DNA of 64,000 nucleotides from Aggregicoccus sp. 17bor-14 (GTDB taxonomy: Bacteria; Myxococcota; Myxococcia; Myxococcales; Myxococcaceae), in the NCBI RefSeq assembly GCF_009659535.1, contig NZ_VJZZ01000003.1, positions 316,947 through 380,946 of the forward strand, read 5' to 3'. The translations under genes were made by a program, and so were the position numbers. The notes under the pieces are model-generated. The model had not been told where the DNA came from. It worked only from the letters and a program-made list of their open reading frames with translations, and searched no databases. This document shows, piece after piece, positions 9,890-18,143 of this stretch (its first letter is position 1; the number at the start of each line of letters is the position of its first letter).

Positions 9890-11281
9890 ATGTCCCTCCC
9901 GCCGCCCAGCGAGCGCCTCGAGCTGCACTTCGACGGGGGCACCCTCGTGGCCCCGGTGCTTCCGGCGGACGCCGTGCTCGCGCGCCTCTTCCAGCGCGAC
10001 CCGCGCACCGGCGTGCACCGCGCCCCGGCCTACCTCTACCGGGATGCGGTGCTGCGCCTGCGCGCGCTGGGGCTGCCCTTCGAGGACCGGGCGCGGCGCT
10101 TCGAGCCCCTGCCGCTCGCGCTCACCCAGCCCGTGGCGCCCTACCCCCACCAGGCCGCGGCGCTCGAGGCGTGGAAGCGCGCCGGAGGCCGGGGACTGGT
10201 GGAGCTGCCCACGGGCGCCGGCAAGACGCTGCTCGCGGTGCTCGCCATCGCGCACGTGCAGCGCCCCACGCTGGTGGTGGTGCCCACGCTGGACCTGATG
10301 GCCCAGTGGCAGGGCGTGCTGCAGAAGCACTTCGCGCAGCCCGTGGGGATGCTCGGCGGCGGCGTGAGCGACCGGCAGCCCCTCACCGTCACCACCTACG
10401 ACTCGGCGGCGCTGCAGACGGAGTTCCACGGCAACCGCTTCGGGCTGCTCGTCTGCGACGAGTGCCACCACCTGCCCGCCCCCAGCTACCGCTTCGTCGC
10501 CGAGGGCTCGCTCGCCCCGTACCGCCTGGGGCTCAGCGCCACGCTCGCGCGTACGGACGGCGGCGAGCGCGTGTGCGAGGAGCTGCTCGGGCCGCTCGTG
10601 CACCGCTCGGAGATCACCGAGCTGCAGGGGCAGTACCTCGCCCCGTACGAAGTGCGGCGCGTGGAGGTCGCGCTCGAGCCGGAGGAGCAGCTGCTGCACG
10701 ACGCGGCCCGCGCGCGCTACCTCGCCTTCGTGCGCAAGAGCGGCGTGCACTTCGGAAGCCCCGACGGCTGGGCGCACTTCCTCGCCGAGAGCCAGCGCAG
10801 CGAGGAGGGACGTGCGGCGCTGCGCGCCTACCGCGAGCAGCGCCGCATCGCGCTCACCTCGCGCGCGAAGGTGGCGGTGCTCTGGCGGCTCCTGCTCGAG
10901 CACCGCGACGAGCGCACCCTCGTCTTCACCGACGACAACGACACGGTCTACACGCTGGCGCGCGCACTGCTCCTGCCCGCGCTCACCCACCACACGCCGG
11001 TGCCGGAGCGCAAAGCGCTGCTCGCCGCATTCGCGAGCGGCGAGCTGCCCGTGCTGCTCACCAGCCGCGTGCTCAACGAGGGCGTGGACGTGCCGGAGGC
11101 GCGCGTGGGCGTGGTGCTCAGCGGCAGCGGCAGCGTGCGCGAGCACGTGCAGCGCCTCGGGCGCATCCTGCGCAAGAGCCCGGGAAAGCGCGCCCTGCTC
11201 TACGAGGTGTGCAGCGCGCAGACGGCCGAGAGCGGCATCAGCGAGCGGCGCCGCCAGCACCGCGCGTACGGGGCAGACTGA
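9890..11281 (+). CDS. XPB/Rad25-like SF2 DNA helicase (ERCC3 homologue) with N-terminal damage-recognition-like domain
   Basis: Walker A LPTGAGKT, DECH box (LLVCDECHH), SAT and a helicase C-terminal domain (QRLGRILR). ATG at 9890 is in frame inside the 9518..11281 ORF. Confidence 0.8.
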   Translation: MSLPPPSERLELHFDGGTLVAPVLPADAVLARLFQRDPRTGVHRAPAYLYRDAVLRLRALGLPFEDRARRFEPLPLALTQPVAPYPHQAAALEAWKRAGGRGLVELPTGAGKTLLAVLAIAHVQRPTLVVVPTLDLMAQWQGVLQKHFAQPVGMLGGGVSDRQPLTVTTYDSAALQTEFHGNRFGLLVCDECHHLPAPSYRFVAEGSLAPYRLGLSATLARTDGGERVCEELLGPLVHRSEITELQGQYLAPYEVRRVEVALEPEEQLLHDAARARYLAFVRKSGVHFGSPDGWAHFLAESQRSEEGRAALRAYREQRRIALTSRAKVAVLWRLLLEHRDERTLVFTDDNDTVYTLARALLLPALTHHTPVPERKALLAAFASGELPVLLTSRVLNEGVDVPEARVGVVLSGSGSVREHVQRLGRILRKSPGKRALLYEVCSAQTAESGISERRRQHRAYGAD

Positions 11282-11417
11282 CGCGCCCCTCGCCTCCCCG
11301 CCCTCCGGGCCGGCGCCCCTGCAGCCCCGCACTCACAGTGCGCGCCTCCGGGCCTCGCGGGCGCTCGCGCTTGGCGCCTGCCGCCGCCCGATGCGATGTT
11401 CCCGTCCGGAGGTATTC

Positions 11418-11816
11418 ATGGCGTACATGCTGCTGATGGTCGAGCCGCGCGGGCAGCGGCACACCCGCACGCCCGAGGAGGGCCGCGAGGTCTACGCGCG
11501 GATGGTGCGCTGGGGCGAGAACCTCAAGGCCCGCGGGCTGCTCATCGCGAGCGAGTCGCTCTCCCTGGAGGACACCCCGCGCGTGCGCGTGCGCGCGGGC
11601 AAGGCCCAGGTGGTCGACGGCCCCTTCGCCGAGGCGAAGGAGATGGTGGGCGGCTTCTTCCACGTGGCCTGCAACACGCGCGAGGAGGCGCTCGCGCTCG
11701 CCGCCGAGTGCCCCGCAGCCGAGTGGTGCGACGTGGAGGTGCGCAGCCTCATGCCCTGCTACGAGGACGCCGAGGCCCTGAAGGCCGCGCCGCAGCGCCT
11801 CGCCAGCAAGGGCTGA
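11418..11816 (+). CDS. YciI-like (DGPF/YCII-related) small protein
   Basis: MAYMLLMVEP...GGFFHV pattern. GGAGG lies 6 nt upstream of the ATG at 11418. Confidence 0.6.
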   Translation: MAYMLLMVEPRGQRHTRTPEEGREVYARMVRWGENLKARGLLIASESLSLEDTPRVRVRAGKAQVVDGPFAEAKEMVGGFFHVACNTREEALALAAECPAAEWCDVEVRSLMPCYEDAEALKAAPQRLASKG

Positions 11817-11929
11817 GGCGCGCACTCGCCCGCGCGCACGGGGCTGGAGCGGGCCGCGCGGTGTGGACCCGGGTCCACCGTCCGCATCGCCCCGAGGCAC
11901 CCCAGATTGCGGGCCTCTGGGGGTGTGCC

Positions 11930-12484
11930 ATGGAGACGTCGCGAGCGCAGCGCCGGCTGCAGAGGGTGGAGGAGCACGTGCGCCAGGAGAACGCGCACGA
12001 CCTCGACGGGCTGATGGCCACCTTCGGCTCGGACGGCTTCTACGACGACGAGCCCTGGAGCGAGCACCACGCGGGGCTCGCCGGCGTGCGCAGCTACTAC
12101 CGCGACCTGCTGCGGGCCTCGCCCGACTTCCACATCGAGGTGAAGCAGCGCCACGTGACCGAGGAGGCCGTCATCCTCGAGGTGCAGCTGAGCGGCACCC
12201 ACCAGGGCGCCTGGCGCGGGCTGCCCGCCACCGGCCGCGCCTTCAGCTTCCCGCTCTGCGCCGTCTTCACCTTCGACGCCGAGGACCGGCTCGCGGGCGA
12301 GAAGATCTACTACGACCGCGTCACCGTGCTGCGCCAGCTCGGCGTGCTCTCCGAGCCCACCAGCCTCAGCGGCCGCATGGGTGCGCTGCTCATGCACCCG
12401 GTGACGGTGGTCTCGGCGCTGCTCCACCTGCGCCACGGCGTCCGCCGGCCGCTGCAGCTGCCCGCGCAGTCGCCGCGCGCCTGA
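11930..12484 (+). CDS. SnoaL-like / NTF2-fold ester-cyclase family protein
   Basis: Typical SnoaL-like N-terminal pattern (HVRQENAHDLDGLMATF...FYDD) within an NTF2 fold. Confidence 0.55.
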   Translation: METSRAQRRLQRVEEHVRQENAHDLDGLMATFGSDGFYDDEPWSEHHAGLAGVRSYYRDLLRASPDFHIEVKQRHVTEEAVILEVQLSGTHQGAWRGLPATGRAFSFPLCAVFTFDAEDRLAGEKIYYDRVTVLRQLGVLSEPTSLSGRMGALLMHPVTVVSALLHLRHGVRRPLQLPAQSPRA

Positions 12485-12563
12485 AGCGCGGGCGGGGTGG
12501 CGCGGGCGGGGAATTCCCGCTACTGCTCGGACCCCTGCACGCCATGCCTCCCCTCTCCTCTCC

Positions 12564-13757
12564 ATGCTGACGCGCGAGCTGCTGCTCTTCCGCACGCGCG
12601 AGGGGCGCCTGCGCCCGAGCTTCGTGAGCCGCGAGGACCCCGCGCTGCTCGCGCTCGCCGAGAGCCTGCGCGCCGAGCTGCAGGACGCCGTGGGGCGCAC
12701 GCGCGAGGACCTCGAGGAGGCGCTCGCCCTGCACGCAGGCGCGTGGAAGCGGCCCCGGGTGGCGCGCGGCCTCGTGAAGCTGCTGCTGGACCGCATGGAC
12801 TTCGGCGAGCCCGAGCCCGCGGTGGCCGAGGCGCGGATGGACGCCCTGCGCACCGCCGCGCGCGTGCTGCGCAGCCTTCCCCCCGCGGCGACCCAGGACC
12901 AGTACGCCGCGGCCCTCGCCGCCGCGCTCCCCGCGCCCCTCGCGCAGGTGCGCGAGGGGCTCTACGCGGACCTGCCCCCGCAGCGCCGCCTCGTCGCGCT
13001 CGAGGTACCCGAAGCGGGCGAGCTGCTGGACCGCTACAACCTCGCGCTCGCCCAGGGCCACCTCCTCGGCGCGCGCCGCCTGCACCTGCGCGCCCGCGCC
13101 CCCGAACTGCTGCGCGTGCGCAAGGTGCTGCGCTGGCTCAAGTTCTGCCGCCTCGTGGCCAGCGTGCACCGCGAGGACGAGGACTGGGAGCTCAGCGTGG
13201 AGGGCCCCGCGGCGATGCTCTCGCTGCAGAAGAAGTACGGCCTGCAGCTCGCGAGCTTCCTCACCGCCGTGCCCCTGCTGCAGCGCTGGGAGCTGCGCGC
13301 GGAGGTGAGTACGGGGCGCAAGAGCGTCACGCTGGTGCTCGACCACAAGGACCCGCTCGTCTCCCCGCACGCGGGCAGCGCGCTCGGCCACGTGCCCGAG
13401 GAGGTGCAGGCGCTCGCGCACGCGCTGGAGGAGGCGCAGGACTGGGAGCTGGACCTCACCCCGCTGCCGCGCCACACCGGCGCCTCGGGGCTGTGCGTGC
13501 CGGACCTCACCCTGCGCCACCGCCGCAGCGGGCGCACCGTGGCGCTCGAGCTGTTCCACGCGTGGCACGCGGGCGCCCTGCGCCGGCGGCTGGAGGAGCT
13601 GCGCGCGCGGCCCGACCCGGAGCTGCTGCTGGGCGTGGAGCGCGCGCTGCTGAAGGACAGCGCCGAGCGGGAGGCGCTCGAGGCCCACCCCCAGGTGCTG
13701 CTGTTCCGCGGCTTTCCCAGCGCGAAGCGCGTGCTGGCGTGGCTGGACGCCCGCTGA
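12564..13757 (+). CDS. DUF790 (Bax1-like) predicted nuclease, the characteristic XPB partner
   Basis: Size and organisation match the DUF790 family, which partners XPB in archaea and actinobacteria. It lies 1.3 kb downstream of the XPB-like helicase on the same strand. Confidence 0.55.
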   Translation: MLTRELLLFRTREGRLRPSFVSREDPALLALAESLRAELQDAVGRTREDLEEALALHAGAWKRPRVARGLVKLLLDRMDFGEPEPAVAEARMDALRTAARVLRSLPPAATQDQYAAALAAALPAPLAQVREGLYADLPPQRRLVALEVPEAGELLDRYNLALAQGHLLGARRLHLRARAPELLRVRKVLRWLKFCRLVASVHREDEDWELSVEGPAAMLSLQKKYGLQLASFLTAVPLLQRWELRAEVSTGRKSVTLVLDHKDPLVSPHAGSALGHVPEEVQALAHALEEAQDWELDLTPLPRHTGASGLCVPDLTLRHRRSGRTVALELFHAWHAGALRRRLEELRARPDPELLLGVERALLKDSAEREALEAHPQVLLFRGFPSAKRVLAWLDAR

Positions 13758-13898
13758 GGGCGTCCGGCGCGGTGGATCCCCATCCGCGCGCCGGAGGACG
13801 GGTCACCTTCGTTCCCGAGCAATTCGGGCCCCTTCCATCAGGCATGTCCGCTGCTCCGGGCGCTGCGCTCACCCGCACGCCCGCCCGAAGGAGGCGCC

Positions 13899-15182
13899 AT
13901 GCCCCGCATCACCCCGCTCCCGCTGCAGGACGTCCGCTACGAGCCGCTCGAGCCCGAGCTCGCCCCCGACGTCCCTCCCGACGCGCGCACCGCGCGGCGT
14001 GAGCGCGCCAGCATCGTGCACCTCTCGCTCAACCCGGACGGCCTCTACGAGGCGCGGGCGCTCGCCGAGCGCACCCCCGTGTACGCCATCCACAACGCGC
14101 CCGAGCCCGGGGCCCTCACCCTGCCGGGCCCCGACGGCCGCCCCCTGCACTTCGAGCTCACCACGCGCGGGGGCGTCGACGCGTTCGCCGCCACGCTCCC
14201 CCTGCCGCCCGCGCAGCAGGCCGCGGTGGCCGCGACGCTGGCCCAGGGCGATGTGCTCATCCGCGACGAGCTCGCCCAGCTCGCGCTGCTCTGGTCGCGC
14301 GCGGAGGGCGGCGCGCCCCTGCCCTCGCGTCTCGTGCTCTCCGGGCACGGCTACTCGGCAGCGCTGGTGGGCGAGGACAACGGGCGGCTTCCCTGGGAGC
14401 TGCTCGCCTCGCTCGCCCATGCGCTGCCGCGCGCGGCAGCGCAGATCCAGGACGTGCACCTGGCCGGCTGCAACACCGCGGGGCCGCACGCGCTCGGCGT
14501 GCTGCGCGAGGCCTTTCCCCAGCTGCGCAGCCTCTGGGCCTACGCGGGCACCGCCCCGGGCGCGGTGAGCGGCGCCGCGACGCACCAGCTGCGCTGGGAG
14601 AGGGCCACGCGCGAGGGAGGCGAGCCCACGCGCGAGGCCGCGGCCCACACCCGCCTGGGCGAGAGCGTGGCGGTGTGGACGGCGGCGCACGGCTACGACG
14701 ACGGGCGGGCGCCCGAGCCGCTCTCCCAGGTGCGCGAGCGCGTGCAGCTGCTCTCGGTGGTGCTCGAGTGGGCGGACGGCGGCGGCCTCGAGGTGCCCGA
14801 CCCGCAGCGCGGCCCCCTGCGCGACTTCTACGACGCGCTCAGCGCGCTGCTGCGCCACCCGGAGCTGCCCGCGGCCGAGCGGCCTGCGCTCGAGGCCCAG
14901 CGCGACCGCGCGCTGCGGCTGCTCTACTTCGAGGCGCGGGTGACGGGCGCCTTCGCGCGCACGCACGCCCAGGCGCTGCAGCAGGGCTACGCGAGCCTCG
15001 GGCTCGCGGCGCCGGACTTCGCCCACCTCTCGCGGCGCGACGCGCTGTGGGAGGTGGACCGCTTCTGCGAGGCAGCCGCGGCGCGCCAGCCTCTGCCGGA
15101 GCCGGCGCGCGCGCTGCTGCCCTTGCTGGTGCGCGGCCTGCGCAACCTGGAGCCCGGCTTCGTGCCGGACGCCTGGTTGTAG
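13899..15182 (+). CDS. Hypothetical protein
   Basis: AAGGAGG RBS 5 nt before the ATG, with consistent high-GC codon usage. No recognisable motifs. Confidence 0.55.
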   Translation: MPRITPLPLQDVRYEPLEPELAPDVPPDARTARRERASIVHLSLNPDGLYEARALAERTPVYAIHNAPEPGALTLPGPDGRPLHFELTTRGGVDAFAATLPLPPAQQAAVAATLAQGDVLIRDELAQLALLWSRAEGGAPLPSRLVLSGHGYSAALVGEDNGRLPWELLASLAHALPRAAAQIQDVHLAGCNTAGPHALGVLREAFPQLRSLWAYAGTAPGAVSGAATHQLRWERATREGGEPTREAAAHTRLGESVAVWTAAHGYDDGRAPEPLSQVRERVQLLSVVLEWADGGGLEVPDPQRGPLRDFYDALSALLRHPELPAAERPALEAQRDRALRLLYFEARVTGAFARTHAQALQQGYASLGLAAPDFAHLSRRDALWEVDRFCEAAAARQPLPEPARALLPLLVRGLRNLEPGFVPDAWL

Positions 15183-15190
15183 GCCGTGAG

Positions 15191-15598
15191 CTAGTGCGCC
15201 GCCGCGGCCGCGGTGGCCGCCGGCTCGCCGCCCAGCTGGTACATGAGGGTGCAGGGACCCTGGCCGCCGCCGATGGCCGCGCACAGGTGCTCGCCCTCGG
15301 CGAGCTTGAACTGGTGCGCGTGCGAGACGTCCTTCGCGCCGTCGGGCTTGGTGCCCGGGCAGATGGCGGTGGTGCTCACGTACATGGAGAGCGAGCCCTC
15401 CTTGCAGCTCTGCTTCACGTCCGTCAGCGTCGCCGCGCCGGCGAGGATGTGGTCCCAGGTGGCGCCGGTGGTGCGGGTGGAGACCAGGCGCTCCTTGGCG
15501 CCGGGCGCGCTGTTGCCGCCGGAGGAGCCGCCGCCCGTGGCGCAGCCGGCGCCGAGCAGCAGGGTGCAGCCCAACAGCATCGAAGAGAGCTTCCGCAT
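15191..15598 (-). CDS. Small lipoprotein (lipobox LLLGAGC)
   Basis: Signal peptide plus lipobox, followed by a Gly/Ser linker. Confidence 0.6.
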   Translation of the reverse strand: MRKLSSMLLGCTLLLGAGCATGGGSSGGNSAPGAKERLVSTRTTGATWDHILAGAATLTDVKQSCKEGSLSMYVSTTAICPGTKPDGAKDVSHAHQFKLAEGEHLCAAIGGGQGPCTLMYQLGGEPAATAAAAAH

Positions 15599-15755
15599 CG
15601 TGAGGTGTCCTTGAGGGGGTTGTGTGCGCGCGCGAGGGGCGCGCGAGCGCTCCTTCTAGCCGGATGCAGGCGCGCAGGGGAGCAATCCCGTACGCCGCGC
15701 CGCGTCGCCATTCTCCCGCGCGGGTCACCGGAGCGTGTAGGGTGCGCCCTCGCCC

Positions 15756-16298
15756 ATGAACTTCACGCTCGTTGCACTCGGCCTGGTCAAGGTGGCCTTC
15801 GGCGGTGCGGTCGCCGCGGTCGGCATCCTGCTCGCGTTCCGCGGCCTCAACCGCATCCTCGGCACGGACCCGGTGGGTGACCTGCGCTCGGGCAACACGG
15901 CCGCGGGGCTGGTGCACGCGGCGAGCCTGCTCGCGCTGGGGCTCCTGGTGCACAACGCCGTGCAGGCCACCTTCGACGCGGTGGACCTGACCTTCCGCGC
16001 GCCGCCCCTGCCCTGGGGGCAGGTGCCGCGGCTCTTCCTCTTCGCGCTGCTGCACGTGACGGTGTCCCTGGGCGTGGGCACGGGCGTGCTGGGCGCGGGC
16101 GTGCTGCTCTTCGACCGGATGACGCCGGGCCTGGACGAGCTCGCCGAGGTGCGCCGCGGCAACGTCGCATGCGCGCTGCTGCTCTCGGCCATCCTCGTGG
16201 TGCTCGCGCTGCTCACCGGCCCCGGCCTGCAGGCGGCGCTGGACGGCCTCATCCCCTTCCCGCACCTGCCGCCCAACACCTACGTCTCGCCCCGGTGA
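15756..16298 (+). CDS. DUF350 (YjfL-like) inner-membrane protein, two DUF350 repeats
   Basis: Two repeats of the AFRGLNRILG...D..SGNTAAGL... / FDRMTPGLDELAEVRRGNVACAL pattern with four TM helices. Confidence 0.65.
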   Translation: MNFTLVALGLVKVAFGGAVAAVGILLAFRGLNRILGTDPVGDLRSGNTAAGLVHAASLLALGLLVHNAVQATFDAVDLTFRAPPLPWGQVPRLFLFALLHVTVSLGVGTGVLGAGVLLFDRMTPGLDELAEVRRGNVACALLLSAILVVLALLTGPGLQAALDGLIPFPHLPPNTYVSPR

Positions 16299-17209
16299 AG
16301 CTGCTGCTCCAGTGGGCCCTGGGCCTGTGCGCGCTCGCCGCGCTCCTGTTCTGCCTCCTGGCGGGGACCTTCAACTGGGATGCGCTGCGCGTGGCGCTGT
16401 GGCCCCTGCCGCTGCCTGAGCCCGCCCCGGCTCCGACGACGAACCTGGGCGTGGTGCTGCTGCCTCCCCAGACGCCGCCCGAGGCCGCGCGCCACTACGA
16501 CTGGCGCGCCGCGGCGCTGCGCCCCTCGGACTACCAGGTGGGCTACGGCTTGAGCGCCGCCATGGCGCAGCACTACGCGCGCGGGCTGCAGGACTACGCC
16601 GCCGAGCTGCACTACCGAAGCCTCGCCGAGGACCGCTTCAGCTTCCGCGCGCCGCCCGGCTGCGAGCGCCTGCCGATGGCCTGCGTGTACCAGGAGCTGA
16701 TGCGCAGCAACGCGAAGGCGGTGCACGCGCTGGGGGAGCGCTTCGCCGCGCGCGTGCGCTCCGAACACCTGAGCGCGCCCGAGGCCGCCGAGCTCGTCAT
16801 CACCTTCGTGCAGCGCATCCACTACGACGTGCCGCGCGAGCAGCCCTTCGGCGTGCTGCCGCCCGCGCTGGTGCCCGCGCAGGACCGCGGCGACTGCGAC
16901 TCCAAGGCGCTGCTCGCCGCCATGCTGCTGCGCCAGCTGGGCATCGACGCGGTGGTGCTCTCCAGCGAGCAGCTGGGGCACGCCGCCGTGGGGGTGGGGC
17001 TGCCCGGCCCGGGCACGCAGCTCGAGCTCGCCGGGCGCCGCTACCGCTACGCCGAGGTCACCGCGGAGGGCTGGCCCATCGGGATGGTGCCGCCCAAGTA
17101 CGACCTGCCGCGGCTGTGGACGCCGATGCCGGTGGACCCGCGCGTGAGCCCCCTGGGGGCCTCGCCGGGCGAGTCCGCGCAGGACGCGGCCGACCGGCTC
17201 GCGCCTTGA
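16295..17209 (+). CDS. Membrane-anchored transglutaminase-like (cysteine-protease fold) protein, translationally coupled to the DUF350 gene
   Basis: GTG at 16295 overlaps the upstream TGA (GTGA). An N-terminal TM segment is followed by a GDCDSKALLAAMLLRQLGID core resembling the transglutaminase-like Cys motif, with His and Asp downstream. Confidence 0.5.
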   Translation: MKLLLQWALGLCALAALLFCLLAGTFNWDALRVALWPLPLPEPAPAPTTNLGVVLLPPQTPPEAARHYDWRAAALRPSDYQVGYGLSAAMAQHYARGLQDYAAELHYRSLAEDRFSFRAPPGCERLPMACVYQELMRSNAKAVHALGERFAARVRSEHLSAPEAAELVITFVQRIHYDVPREQPFGVLPPALVPAQDRGDCDSKALLAAMLLRQLGIDAVVLSSEQLGHAAVGVGLPGPGTQLELAGRRYRYAEVTAEGWPIGMVPPKYDLPRLWTPMPVDPRVSPLGASPGESAQDAADRLAP

Positions 17210-17276
17210 GGTAGACAAAGGTGCGACACGGGTTTTTCTTGTCCCGCAAAGCAGGCGAGCCCTAGCTTGCCCGCCC

Positions 17277-17903
17277 ATGAACACTCGCACTGCCCTCCTC
17301 GTCGCAGCCCTGCTCGGCGCCACCTCCGCTCTCGCGGAGACGCCCATGAGCGCCACCCACCTCAGCCTGCTCTCCGGCGCCTCCGAGGCGCAGGGGTACG
17401 CGGCCACCGGCACCACGCACGCTACGCGCGGCACCGGCCACCTCTTCCTGGGCGGCTACGTCGGCCTGCTCACCAACAGTGGCACGGTGCCGAACCTCGG
17501 CATCGAGCTGGCGGGCCCCATCCCCGCCGCGCTGCCCAACAACCTCCACCTCGAGTGGACCGGCGCGCTGGACACCTGGTTCGACAGCGGGGGCGGAGCC
17601 TCGGTCTTCAACCTCAGCCTCATCCCCGGCGGGCGCATCGTGATTCCCCTCATCCCCGAGGTGCTGCTGCACGGTGACCTCGGCATCGGGCTCGGCTTCA
17701 CGCACGTCTCGCTGGACACGGGCTTCGCCGGCTTCGACGGCAGCAGCACGGACGTGAGCCTGGTGTTCCGCATCGCCGCGGGCGCCATCATCCCGCTCAC
17801 CGACCGCGTGCGCCTGGACGTGGCGCCGCTGGGCCTGCAGACCTATACGACCGGCGGCACGGGCTTCTCCATGCGCGTCGGCCTCTCGGTCGCGCTGGAC
17901 TAG
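17277..17903 (+). CDS. Secreted small beta-barrel outer-membrane protein (OmpA-like beta-barrel / opacity-type)
   Basis: Signal peptide ALLGATSALA, alternating amphipathic beta-strands, and Gly/aromatic-rich segments. Confidence 0.55.
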   Translation: MNTRTALLVAALLGATSALAETPMSATHLSLLSGASEAQGYAATGTTHATRGTGHLFLGGYVGLLTNSGTVPNLGIELAGPIPAALPNNLHLEWTGALDTWFDSGGGASVFNLSLIPGGRIVIPLIPEVLLHGDLGIGLGFTHVSLDTGFAGFDGSSTDVSLVFRIAAGAIIPLTDRVRLDVAPLGLQTYTTGGTGFSMRVGLSVALD

Positions 17904-18143
17904 TCGCTCCCGCTGGCCCGTTGAGCTCCATGGAAGGCCCGCCTGGCGTGCCTTCCATGGCGCTTCGCTTGCCGTTGCTGCTCGCGTTGGCGCTGGGGTC
18001 CCTCTCCGCACGCCAGGAGTACGCGCGGAACCGAGCGCCGGAGGGGACCGATCGGGCCGCCTGCCGGACAGGCAGGGCAACCGGGGCCCGCATGGCCTTT
18101 GTTTGCTGGAGGCGGCGGGCCTGCTCCGTTAGAAGGCGCCTGC

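Noticed and set aside
12485-12563. Direct repeat GCGGGCGGGG x2 and a CT-rich tract before the DUF790 start
   Set aside because: Too short and simple to call as a defined element. It is probably ordinary GC-rich promoter or RBS-proximal sequence.
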